From positions 32,001 to 96,000 of the forward strand of contig JAYPQH010000017.1 of NCBI GenBank assembly GCA_038131935.1: 64,000 bases of DNA. The letters run 5' to 3'. The first letter of the stretch is position 1. The number at the start of each line of letters is the position of its first letter. The notes beneath the pieces are model-generated. The model was not told the DNA's origin and did not search any database. It saw only the letters and a list, made by a program, of their open reading frames with translations. Of the stretch, positions 54,845 to 64,000 are shown piece after piece. The DNA comes from Alphaproteobacteria bacterium (lineage in GTDB: Bacteria; Pseudomonadota; Alphaproteobacteria; UBA8317). The position numbers were made by a program, and so were the translations under genes.

Positions 54845-55249
54845 ATGTTATCTACCTTTTTGCAACAGATACCAAGACACAATCGCCCTAACTACTGGGT
54901 TATTACCTCACAATCTCTTACAGATTTGCGTCGCCAGGAAGTGCGCCACGCATTTGATGCAAAACCTGACGGTCTTTTTGGTAGTGTTGTTGCTCTTTTG
55001 ACAATGTCTTCTGGTGTTCGTGTTACAGGTTTGGACGTAGAACAACGAATTTGGTATGGACAAATTCGTACGCCAGTTTGTCGTTTTGTGGATGATCTGG
55101 GCTTTACGGTTTGGGAGTCTGACGGTATTTCACATTATATATTGTACAGTAAGTCAAGAATTGGTTACTGGGACCTAGGTGCAAATAGGCGACGATTGCA
55201 TAAGGTGATGATGAGAATTGAGTCCCTTTATGCTGAATTGAGTGGGTAA
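54845..55249 (+). CDS. DUF1499-family protein
   Basis: [27 protein letters not shown]. Confidence 0.8.
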   Translation: MLSTFLQQIPRHNRPNYWVITSQSLTDLRRQEVRHAFDAKPDGLFGSVVALLTMSSGVRVTGLDVEQRIWYGQIRTPVCRFVDDLGFTVWESDGISHYILYSKSRIGYWDLGANRRRLHKVMMRIESLYAELSG

Positions 55250-55277
55250 TGGAAAAAGTTACAAATTGGGGTCAATG

Positions 55278-55598
55278 ATGTCTGATGATTTCGAGCAAGA
55301 TCATGAAACCGGTGTGGTAACCAGAACGCGTCCCAGGGTCGCCAAGCCTCCGATGTATAAAGTCTTGATCCTAAATGATGACTACACCCCCATGGAATTC
55401 GTTGTGTTGGTGCTGATGCAAATCTTTCATATGAGCCAAGAGAAAGCCACAGAAGTGATGTTGCATGTGCACCAAAAAGGGGTAGGTGTGTGTGGTTTGT
55501 ACACCTATGAGGTCGCAGAGACAAAGGTTATGCAAGTGCTTGATGCAGCACGTCGACACGAACACCCTTTAAAATGTACGATGGAACAAGATAATTAA
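55278..55598 (+). CDS. clpS: ATP-dependent Clp protease adaptor ClpS
   Basis: [39 protein letters not shown]. Confidence 0.98.
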   Translation: MSDDFEQDHETGVVTRTRPRVAKPPMYKVLILNDDYTPMEFVVLVLMQIFHMSQEKATEVMLHVHQKGVGVCGLYTYEVAETKVMQVLDAARRHEHPLKCTMEQDN

Positions 55599-55679
55599 CC
55601 CAAATTGTCGCATATTATTTGACGTCGAGCATGTTCCGCGCCAACATTACAATAGTCAGCAAACAAATGGGTGAATATT

Positions 55680-57977
55680 GTGGCCGGGTTTCATAAAGAA
55701 TTAGAAGAGAGTTTAAAGCGAGCTTTGCGCATAGCGTCTTCTCGTGGTCATGAATTTGCCACATTGGAGCATTTATTGTTGTCCCTATGTGATGATGTTC
55801 ATGCACGAGAAGTTCTGTCAGGCTGTGGTCTGGATATTGCTGCTCTGCAAGTGCAGGTTGATGAATTTTTGCTCGAGCATTTTGATAATCTTCCCTTACC
55901 AGAAGAGAGCGATCCTCGCCCTACGTCTGGGTTTCAGCGCGTTGTACAAAGAGCTGCAATACATGTGGAATCCTCAGGGCGAGGAGATGTGACTGGCGCC
56001 AATATATTGGTTGCCATCTTTGCTGAGCGTGAATCTCACGCGGTATATTTCTTAAACCAGTTGGGGGTTACCCGGTATGATGTTGTGAACTTCATCTCCC
56101 ATGGAGGTGCAAGAGGGCAAGCTGAGTCCCAGAAGTCTTTCGAAGATATGGAAGATGTTAGCAAGCGCAAGGGGAAAGAAGGAAATGACCCCTTGTCCCA
56201 ATTCTGCACCAATCTCAACGAAAAAGCACGTTCTGGACGTGTTGATCCTCTGATTGGTAGGGATGAAGAGGTGATGCGAACAGCGCAAGTTCTGGTGCGA
56301 CGCCGAAAGAACAATCCTTTGTTGGTGGGTGATCCCGGGGTTGGTAAAACAGCCATTGCGGAAGGTCTTGCCCGTAAAATTGTTGAAGGTGATGTTCCCG
56401 ACATTTTGCTTGAGTCAGAAATTTATTCTTTGGACATGGGTGCGCTTTTGGCGGGAACACGATATCGAGGTGATTTTGAAGAGCGTCTTAAAGCAGTTCT
56501 CGCCGCGCTGGAATCGCGGGACAAAGCAATACTCTTTATTGACGAAATACATACCATTATCGGTGCAGGAGCGACCTCTGGTGGCGCAATGGATGCCTCT
56601 AACCTGCTTAAGCCAGCTTTGCAGGAGGGGTTGTTGCGTTGTGTCGGCTCCACCACCTACAAAGAATATAGGCAAATATTTGAGAAAGATCGTGCACTTG
56701 CCCGACGGTTCCAGAAGATTGACGTACAAGAGCCTACCATAGATGTCTCTCGCAAAATATTAACAGGATTGAAGCCATATTTTGAGGAGCATCACCAAGT
56801 TCGCTTTACCCATGAAGCCGTGAAGACCGCTGTGGAGCTGTCTGATCGTTATATTCGAGATCGCCGGTTGCCAGACAAAGCCATTGATGTCATCGATGAG
56901 GCTGGCGCTGCACAGCAACTTTTGCCTCCAAGTCGCCGTAAAAAAGTTGTTGGCGTGCGTGAGGTCGAAAAGGTCATTGCGTCAATGGCGCGCATTCCGC
57001 CTAAGAATGTTACCCGTGACGAGATGGAAGTGCTCTCTGGTCTGAAAGAGAGTTTGGAGCGTGTGGTTTATGGGCAGACATCGGCTATTGATGCTTTGGT
57101 ACAATCTGTTCAAACTGCGCGGGCGGGTCTGCGTGAAGCTGATAAACCCGTAGGAAATTATATGTTTGCAGGACCAACTGGGGTTGGGAAGACAGAGATT
57201 GCCAAACAACTTGCCAAGCATTTGGGTATTGAGTTGATACGTTTTGATATGTCTGAATATATGGAACGTCACACAGTCTCGCGTTTGATTGGTGCGCCAC
57301 CGGGCTATGTAGGTTTTGATCAAGGTGGATTGTTAACCGACGCTGTAGATCAGCATCCACATTCTGTTTTGTTGCTAGATGAAATTGAAAAGGCACATCC
57401 TGACATATTTAATATTCTGTTGCAGGTCATGGATTCAGGCAGATTAACCGATCAGAATGGAAAGACCGTTGATTTCAGAAATGTTATTTTGATTATGACT
57501 TCTAATGCTGGTGCACGAGACTTGCAGCGCACTGCCATGGGATTTGCCAATCAGGTGCATCATGATGATGCGTCGGTTGCCATCAACAAAACTTTTTCCC
57601 CTGAGTTTCGAAACAGGCTAGACGCGGTTATCCATTTTAATCCTTTGGATCCCTCAGTTATGCATTCCATTGTTGAGAAATTTCTTATGGAGTTGGAGGG
57701 GCAACTCTTGGAAAGAAAGGTTGATATCAACGTATCAGCTGAGGCCATTCAATGGCTTGCGAAGGAGGGATATGACCCTGCGATGGGGGCACGTCCATTG
57801 GGCCGTGTTATCCAAGAACATATTAAGAAACCTTTATCATCACTTCTCTTGTTTGGGTCATTGCGTGATGGTGGAACCTTGTTTGTGACTTTGGATGATG
57901 GGGCTTTGAAACTTGACGGCAAACCCTTGATGAAAAAAAATAAAGGTGAAGAATCATTAAAGTCTGAAGAAGTTTAA
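55680..57977 (+). CDS. clpA: ATP-dependent Clp protease ATPase subunit ClpA (GTG start at 55671 or 55680)
   Basis: HEFATLEHLL, two AAA+ modules (GDPGVGKT, GPTGVGKT), MGF ClpP-docking loop, follows clpS. Confidence 0.97.
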   Translation: MAGFHKELEESLKRALRIASSRGHEFATLEHLLLSLCDDVHAREVLSGCGLDIAALQVQVDEFLLEHFDNLPLPEESDPRPTSGFQRVVQRAAIHVESSGRGDVTGANILVAIFAERESHAVYFLNQLGVTRYDVVNFISHGGARGQAESQKSFEDMEDVSKRKGKEGNDPLSQFCTNLNEKARSGRVDPLIGRDEEVMRTAQVLVRRRKNNPLLVGDPGVGKTAIAEGLARKIVEGDVPDILLESEIYSLDMGALLAGTRYRGDFEERLKAVLAALESRDKAILFIDEIHTIIGAGATSGGAMDASNLLKPALQEGLLRCVGSTTYKEYRQIFEKDRALARRFQKIDVQEPTIDVSRKILTGLKPYFEEHHQVRFTHEAVKTAVELSDRYIRDRRLPDKAIDVIDEAGAAQQLLPPSRRKKVVGVREVEKVIASMARIPPKNVTRDEMEVLSGLKESLERVVYGQTSAIDALVQSVQTARAGLREADKPVGNYMFAGPTGVGKTEIAKQLAKHLGIELIRFDMSEYMERHTVSRLIGAPPGYVGFDQGGLLTDAVDQHPHSVLLLDEIEKAHPDIFNILLQVMDSGRLTDQNGKTVDFRNVILIMTSNAGARDLQRTAMGFANQVHHDDASVAINKTFSPEFRNRLDAVIHFNPLDPSVMHSIVEKFLMELEGQLLERKVDINVSAEAIQWLAKEGYDPAMGARPLGRVIQEHIKKPLSSLLLFGSLRDGGTLFVTLDDGALKLDGKPLMKKNKGEESLKSEEV

Positions 57978-59109
57978 ACAGAGGCCTTTTTGTAAGGCGT
58001 TGTGGTATCGTAGATTTTGATTTGTTGATCTACCAAACCTCTCTCATGTTGGAGAAACTCATGAATAGCAGTTTCGAATCCTTTATGTTTAACCCAATGC
58101 CAAGATTGGGTTAAAACAGGCTCAAAGCCCCTTGCAATTTTATGTTCACCTTGGACGCCGGCTTCTACCCGCGCATATCCCGCTGCAATGGCTCGTTCAA
58201 TGGTTTGGTAGTAGCAGACTTCAAAATGCAGGAAATCTATCTGCGCTAAGCACCCCCATTGGCGTCCAAAAATTGTATCTGTGCCGACAAGGCTCCAGGC
58301 ACCTGCAATCATCTGCGAACCATCGAAGGCAGCAACAAGGGCAAGTTGTGGGCTGAGATTTGCTTGGAGCGCTTCAAATGTCTGCCGATTAAGATATGCT
58401 TGGCCCCATTTTGTATCAACTGTTGCCTCATGGCATCTAACAAATCCATCCCAATGCTCAGATTTGATATCATCGCCTTGGAGAAATTTTATTCGTAACC
58501 CGTGCTGTCGAATTTTTTCTCGCTCTTTACGTATTTGCTTCCGTTTCCTGGAATTCAGGGAGCCCAGAAACATATCGAAGTTCTGATAGTCTCTGTTATG
58601 CCAATGAAATTGCACATCTGTTCGTGTCATAAAACGAGGGTGAGGTGGGTCAATCTCTTCATTGGTAAACAAGATATGCATGGATGAAAATCCTGTCGTT
58701 GGAGCCAATGGTCCAAAATGGATAGGAATTTAGGTATATCATGCCGATCTTGCGTTAATATGCGATGCCCTGGGACAGGGGTGAACGGGATGGCTGAGAG
58801 TAATTTGGGATAGTACTGTCCTCCAGCGCGCTCAAAAGCATGGGCCCAAGCGTGGTCAAACACATACTCGCCATATGAGTGGTGTTTGATGTAGGTTGGT
58901 ATAAGTGCTTTTGGCTTTTCATGCTCGTAAATAGCAAGATGAATAGGCTGCCAGCCCGTTTGTAAACTAGCAGCGGCACTTTCTTCTAGGGCTATGAAAA
59001 AGCGTTGATCAAGAAAAGGACATCTTAAGGCTTCATCGCCGACCAAAATTTTCCAGATGTGGGAGGGTACCTTGGCTGCACCCTCATGCACATCAATATG
59101 CCAAACCAT
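57974..59109 (-). CDS. GNAT-like DUF482 (FemAB-like) protein (-1 indel near 58692)
   Basis: KHHSYGEYVFDHAWA, YYPKL...PFTPVPG, QFHWHN, LHFEVCYYQ, EAGVQGEHK, split over ORFs 58627..59109 and 57974..58708. Confidence 0.9.
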
Positions 59110-59118
59110 AGCTAAGGC

Positions 59119-59589
59119 CTACAATGTTATGAAAGTTGCCTCAACCTCAACAGGTGCTCCTAGTGGTAATGAGGCCATACCAACAGCTGCGCGGGCATGG
59201 GCTCCGAGTTCTGGTCCGAGTATTTCCGATAGAAATTCGGAGGCTCCGTTGATAATTACAGGATGTTTTGTAAAATTTGAGGGAGCGGCAACAAATCCTC
59301 GCACCACCAAGCACCCTTGAAGTCGTGTTAAATCATCATCAATGGCCTTGCATAATTGGGAAAGAATATTTGTTGTGCATAACTTTGCGGCTGCGATGGC
59401 GTCATCCATGCTGACGTCTTGTTCAACCAAGCCAGCACACACCAACGCGCCATCGCGCAGCGGAAGCTGACCAGACACCACAAGTTGATTGCCCAAATGT
59501 CTGTAAGGGACATAGGCTGCCAGTGCTGCAGGTGCGTCTGGAAGTGTTTCTCCAGTAATATTTTTATATTTTTGTCTGAGTGATGTCAT
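59119..59589 (-). CDS. RidA/YjgF-family protein
   Basis: AAYVPY, VSGQLP, INGASE, HARAAVG...LPLGAPVEVE. Confidence 0.92.
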   Translation of the reverse strand: MTSLRQKYKNITGETLPDAPAALAAYVPYRHLGNQLVVSGQLPLRDGALVCAGLVEQDVSMDDAIAAAKLCTTNILSQLCKAIDDDLTRLQGCLVVRGFVAAPSNFTKHPVIINGASEFLSEILGPELGAHARAAVGMASLPLGAPVEVEATFITL

Positions 59590-60239
59590 TGAGAACTCCT
59601 ATTTGCATTCAACTGAGCGGCGCGCAAAACATCTGAAAGCATTGATGCTGTGAGCCGATTGGTGTTCATATTGTAACGTGAACAATGGTAACTGTCGTGG
59701 ACAAAATATTGGTCTACATGATGGATTTTTCCATGTGCAAACGGTGCAGCAGATAGAGGTTTGTCCAACGCGCGTAGGACATTGTCATGTGCAATTCGTC
59801 CAAGTGCAACAATGACACGAAGATTTTTCATATGTTTGATTTCAGAGCGTAGAAATACTCTACATCTTCGTGCTTCGTCACTGGTTGGCTTATTCTGTGG
59901 GGGGACGCATCGTACGGCATTGGTAATGCGGGTAGATGACATTGATAACCCATCATCTTGATGGGCCTTGTAACGTCCTTGCGCAATCCCAAGGTCAATG
60001 AGAATTGGATAAAGTGTGTCTCCTGCTCCATCTCCCGTGAATGGGCGCCCTGTTGCGTTAGCACCTCGAAGGCCAGGGGCCAGCCCAACGATGAGTAAAG
60101 TTGCATCTTGAGGTCCGAAGCTACGAACAGGTCCATTATGCCAATCTGGATGTTCTTGTTTATGTTGATCGCGAAAACTGACCAGACGGGGGCAGTGATC
60201 GCAGTTGACTTCTGGTTCAGCAGGTAAATCGTCAATCAT
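59586..60239 (-). CDS. Uracil-DNA glycosylase, Fe-S type (family 4/5)
   Basis: CDHCPRL, GLAPGLRGAN, GRPFTGD, NAVRCVPPQNKP, YHCSRYN. Confidence 0.93.
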   Translation of the reverse strand: MIDDLPAEPEVNCDHCPRLVSFRDQHKQEHPDWHNGPVRSFGPQDATLLIVGLAPGLRGANATGRPFTGDGAGDTLYPILIDLGIAQGRYKAHQDDGLSMSSTRITNAVRCVPPQNKPTSDEARRCRVFLRSEIKHMKNLRVIVALGRIAHDNVLRALDKPLSAAPFAHGKIHHVDQYFVHDSYHCSRYNMNTNRLTASMLSDVLRAAQLNANRSSQ

Positions 60240-60819
60240 CATCGCTATCTGATGGGCGCAGACTCTGGGGAGGGGCGCCATCTTTACGCCCAAATTGGTC
60301 GCGTAAGTCAGCAATATCAAGAAAACAGTCAGCCTGTCGACGAAGGTCATCTGAAATCATTGGTGGGGTAGACCGTATCGTTGACATCACCGTAACCCGG
60401 ACGGCTTTGCGTTGCATGGCTTCAATAAGCCGACGAAATTCCCCGTCTCCGGAGATGATGATGGCGTGGTCAATATGATCAGCCAGTTCCATGGCATCTA
60501 CGGCGAGCTCCATGTTCATGTTGCCCTTGATTTTCTCGCGACCCTGAGCGTCAGTGTATTTTCGTGTTGGCTTTGAGATAATCGTATATCCATTGTAATC
60601 AAGCCAATCGACCAATGGCCTGATAGGAGAATATTCTTGCTCATCCAGCATAGCTGTGTAGTAGTAGGCGCGGACAAGGCGGCAACGACGCGCAAGTTCA
60701 ATCCGTAAGCGGCGATAATCAATGTCAAATTCAAGTGCACGAGCGACGGCATAGAGGTTTGAGCCATCTATAAACAAGGCAACCTTTTCTTCTGGGTAAA
60801 CTGGTATCGTCATAGACAT
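60232..60819 (-). CDS. NYN-domain (LabA/DUF88) protein
   Basis: FIDGSNL, RAYYYTA, KGNMNMELAVD, SGDGEF, LRRQAD. Confidence 0.93.
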   Translation of the reverse strand: MSMTIPVYPEEKVALFIDGSNLYAVARALEFDIDYRRLRIELARRCRLVRAYYYTAMLDEQEYSPIRPLVDWLDYNGYTIISKPTRKYTDAQGREKIKGNMNMELAVDAMELADHIDHAIIISGDGEFRRLIEAMQRKAVRVTVMSTIRSTPPMISDDLRRQADCFLDIADLRDQFGRKDGAPPQSLRPSDSDDD

Positions 60820-60906
60820 GTAATATAACCTAAACATTTCACTAAAAAATACACTCGAGTATGCCGATTTGTGCATAAAGGTGCAAGTTCAGTAGAGGAT
60901 ATTGAA

Positions 60907-61473
60907 ATGGCTCACCAATTTGCAGTTCTATCTTTGGGTGCAAACATTCCAAGGTCACATCTTGGTCATGGACGATTGTTCAGGAGGGTATGCCGCCAAT
61001 TGAGTCAGTATGGTGCGCCTGTGGTGACAGCATCAAGGCTTTATCGCACCGCACCTTGGCCTCCAGGTGCTCATGCTCCTTGTTATTCAAATGCAATCGT
61101 GATCGTTCGCGCAAAATTGTCGGCACCATCTTTGTTGCGGCTCATGCTATATCTTGAACTTACCAGTGGGAGGCGTCGAAGCATTCCTAATGCACCCCGC
61201 ATCTTAGATTTAGATTTGCTTGATTACCGAGGCCTGAATATATCAAAACCATCTGGTACAGATTGTTTATGGCTACCACATCCTAGGATGCATCAGCGGG
61301 CCTTTGTTCTTGCTCCATTGTGTGATGTGTGGCCTACATGGCGGCATCCCAAACTGGACGTAACGGCACATCAACTGTTGAAAAATTGTGACATGTCTGG
61401 AGTTCAGATCTTGACTTCTTATGCGATTACGGGTCATAAGACGCGCTTGTTTGGTGCGGATGTTGAGGTTTAA
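60907..61473 (+). CDS. folK: 2-amino-4-hydroxy-6-hydroxymethyldihydropteridine diphosphokinase
   Basis: LSLGAN, SRLYRTAPW, APRILDLDLL, LPHPRMHQRAFVLAPL. Confidence 0.93.
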   Translation: MAHQFAVLSLGANIPRSHLGHGRLFRRVCRQLSQYGAPVVTASRLYRTAPWPPGAHAPCYSNAIVIVRAKLSAPSLLRLMLYLELTSGRRRSIPNAPRILDLDLLDYRGLNISKPSGTDCLWLPHPRMHQRAFVLAPLCDVWPTWRHPKLDVTAHQLLKNCDMSGVQILTSYAITGHKTRLFGADVEV

Positions 61474-61833
61474 ATGGCACGGGTTACTGTCGAAGATTGT
61501 ATCGAAAAAGTTGACGGGCGCTTTGATCTCGTTTTGCTTGCCGCCCATCGTTCCCGCCAGATTGCTGGAGGCTCTCCTCTAACTGTAGAGCGTGAGCGAG
61601 ACAAAAATGCGGTTGTTGCTTTGCGTGAAATTGCAGAAGAGACAATTGAAATAAGCGCGGTTGAAGAGGACTTTGTCTGCTCTCAGCAACGACAGATACT
61701 GGATGATGAGCCCGATCCAGACGTCTCAGAAATGCAGGCTCTTGGGAAGCCAGATGAACCTGAAGAAGGGTTATCTGAGGAGGACCTTCTTAAGGTATTG
61801 CGTGGAGAGATGGACCTACCAGAGCGTTCATAA
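61474..61833 (+). CDS. rpoZ: RNA polymerase omega subunit
   Basis: [32 protein letters not shown]. Confidence 0.98.
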   Translation: MARVTVEDCIEKVDGRFDLVLLAAHRSRQIAGGSPLTVERERDKNAVVALREIAEETIEISAVEEDFVCSQQRQILDDEPDPDVSEMQALGKPDEPEEGLSEEDLLKVLRGEMDLPERS

Positions 61834-61860
61834 AATGATTTGACGGAGCATATGCGCACA

Positions 61861-64000
61861 ATGATCCGTCAGTATGAGTTGGTTGATCGTATACTTGAGT
61901 ACAATCCAAACGCTGATGAAGCACTCATAAACAAAGCTTATGTCTATGCCATGCGCGCGCATGGATCCCAGAAACGCCATAATGGCGACCCGTATTTTTC
62001 TCACCCTTTGCAAGTCGCAGGCATCATGACCGATTTGCGCCTCGACGATGCTTCCATTGCCACAGCATTGCTACACGATACAGTTGAAGATACCGAGACA
62101 ACCCATGAAGATATCAGCCGGCTTTTTGGTGCGGAAATAGCGCATTTGGTTGATGGCGTTACAAAATTGTCTAAATTGGAACTTTCATCACCAAATGCTG
62201 CACAAGCTGAGAACTTTCGGAAGCTTTTTTGTTGCCATGTCGCAAGATGTTCGGGTGTTACTCGTAAAACTTGCGGATCGGTTGCATAATATGAGGACAT
62301 TGCATTTTGTGCCTCATGCAGAAAAACGAAGGCGTATCGCACAGGAAACGTTGGATCTTTATGCTCCCTTGGCTGGTCGCATCGGTATGCAATCAATAAG
62401 AGAAGAGTTGGAGGAGATAGCATTTCGAGAGTTAAATCCTGACATGCATGCCTCGATCACTGCCCGGATTGACCGGATGACATCTGGAGATACCTCCATG
62501 GCAGTGCCTGTTCTTAATGATTTACGTGATTTGTTACGTCAGAATGGTTACATGTCACCAATTCACGGTCGAACAAAAAGACCTTTTTCTATTTTTGTAA
62601 AAATGCAAAGGCAAGGTGTAGGTCTTGAGCAATTATCAGATGTGTTTGCTTGTCGTGTTATCACCAGCTCCATTGCGGAATGCTATCAGATTTTAGGACT
62701 TATCCACACACATTGGGCTATGGTTCCTAATAGGTTTAAAGATTATATCTCTACGCCTAAAAGAAACGGTTATCGTTCCTTACATACCACCATCGTTGGC
62801 CCTTCCAAGCAACGCGTGGAAATCCAAATCAGAACGGCACATATGCATGAAATAGCAGAAAAGGGTCTCGCAGCTCATTGGGCTTACAAGGAAGGCGACG
62901 AAATTCGTTCCGAAGATACATATTTTACAAGTTGGATTAACGAACTGTTACAAATGATAGAAGCAGGTGATCCACCAGAAGATTTTTTGGAGCATTCTCG
63001 TTTGGAAATGTTCCATGATCAGGTTTTTTGTTTCACACCGCGCGGAGACGTCATCGGTTTACCATCAGGTGCAACACCCTTGGATTTCGCGTTTGCTGTG
63101 CATACAGAGATCGGATATCATGCTGTCGGCGCAAAAGTTAATGGTTTGCGACAACCTCTCGGTTATGTGCTGCAGAATGCTGATGAGGTCGAAATTCTTC
63201 TTTCAAAACAGCAGCGTCCTCAGCGAAGCTGGGAATCAATCGCCAAAACTGGCAAGGCTAAGGCAGCCATTCGGAGATATTTTCGAGAACAAAATCAAGC
63301 CCAGATGATAAGTTTTGGGCGTGAGTTGCTTGAATCTGGTTTTCGAGATGCAGGTTTTGTTATGACGAAGAAACTTCTGGATCAAATTGCTGGCATGATC
63401 GGACAGAAAGTAGATCCATTTTTGTATGATGTAGGCCGCGGTCAGATAAGCGTTCCAAAGGTTATTGGGATGATTTATCCTGATACAGAAACACATTTCA
63501 CCACTGCACAGATAGCGCCTATTAGAGTGGACCGAACCGGCTTGGTACCGGGTGTAAGTTTGCATCTGTCACGCTGCTGTTTTCCTGTTCCTGGGGATAG
63601 GATTGTGGGTGTACGAGACAGTGATCATGGCATTGATGTCCATATTATTGATTGCGCTAAGCTGGTCGCTTTATCTCCAATGGCAGAGCATTGGGTTGAT
63701 TTGAGATGGCCAACAAAGAATGTTGGGGGCGATCATCATTTGGCACGTTTGGAAGTTGATTTAGCCCATGAAGTTGGTGCTTTATCTGAATTAACTGGCT
63801 TGTTAGGGCGGGTTCAGTGCAATATTGATGATTTGGTTTTTTTAAAACGGGACAAGTCCGTTTATCGTATTCGACTTGATCTTGAAGTTCGAGATCTGCG
63901 GCATTTGGAGCAGATCAAAAATGCAATGTCGACTCTTGAAAATGTCACATTGGTGCGGCGTGTGCGTGGTGATGCACAGATGCGATTGGTAGAAGAGGAA
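61861..64000 (+). CDS. spoT: Bifunctional (p)ppGpp synthetase/hydrolase (Rsh/SpoT), 3'-truncated by the window; +1 indel near 62230
   Basis: MIRQYELV, AHGSQKR, LLHDTVED. After the T run the shifted frame gives KLADRLHNMRTL, KDYISTPKRNGYRSLHT, EIQIRT, TGS (FCFTPRG), CCFPVPGDRIVG and an ACT domain, open to the window end. Confidence 0.96.

Noticed and set aside
60232-60819. NYN nuclease plus uracil-DNA glycosylase as a toxin or defence module
   Set aside because: udg-NYN-folK-rpoZ-spoT is a conserved alphaproteobacterial housekeeping neighbourhood.

Overview
About 43% GC DNA from an alphaproteobacterium, judged by the RpoB insert, the rluC-gph-ATP12 cluster, panC/mipZ, phasin-clpS-clpA and NYN-folK-rpoZ-spoT gene orders, and the absence of rpsD, infA and rpmJ from the spc/alpha operons. 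Bases 1-7.1 kb hold the 3' part of a giant autotransporter adhesin with at least 19 complete ~99-aa PKD/K319-like repeats, followed by a ferric-reductase-like gene. From 8.7 to 40.1 kb is the translation/transcription supercluster: tRNA-Gly, tuf, tRNA-Trp, secE, nusG, rplKAJL, rpoBC, rpsLG, fusA, a second tuf, and the S10, spc and alpha operons. From 40 to 64 kb are housekeeping genes (rluC, HAD, ATP12, pccBA, lipB, tRNA-Leu, mgtE, DUF1489, panC, mipZ, galU, ugd, D,D-carboxypeptidase-SPOR, phasin, DUF1499, clpSA, DUF482, ridA, udg, NYN, folK, rpoZ, spoT). About 17 single-base indels, mostly at short homopolymers, break essential genes and are best read as long-read assembly errors. I found no mobile element, CRISPR array or defence system. 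The most notable signal is ribosomal protein uL10, which has four rather than the usual three 11-aa bL12-dimer-binding segments (predicting an L10(L12)8 stalk) and sits next to a bL12 with a Met/Pro-rich hinge. Also notable are a multi-hairpin rpsL leader, the repeat adhesin, and two tuf copies homogenised through their 3' hairpin.
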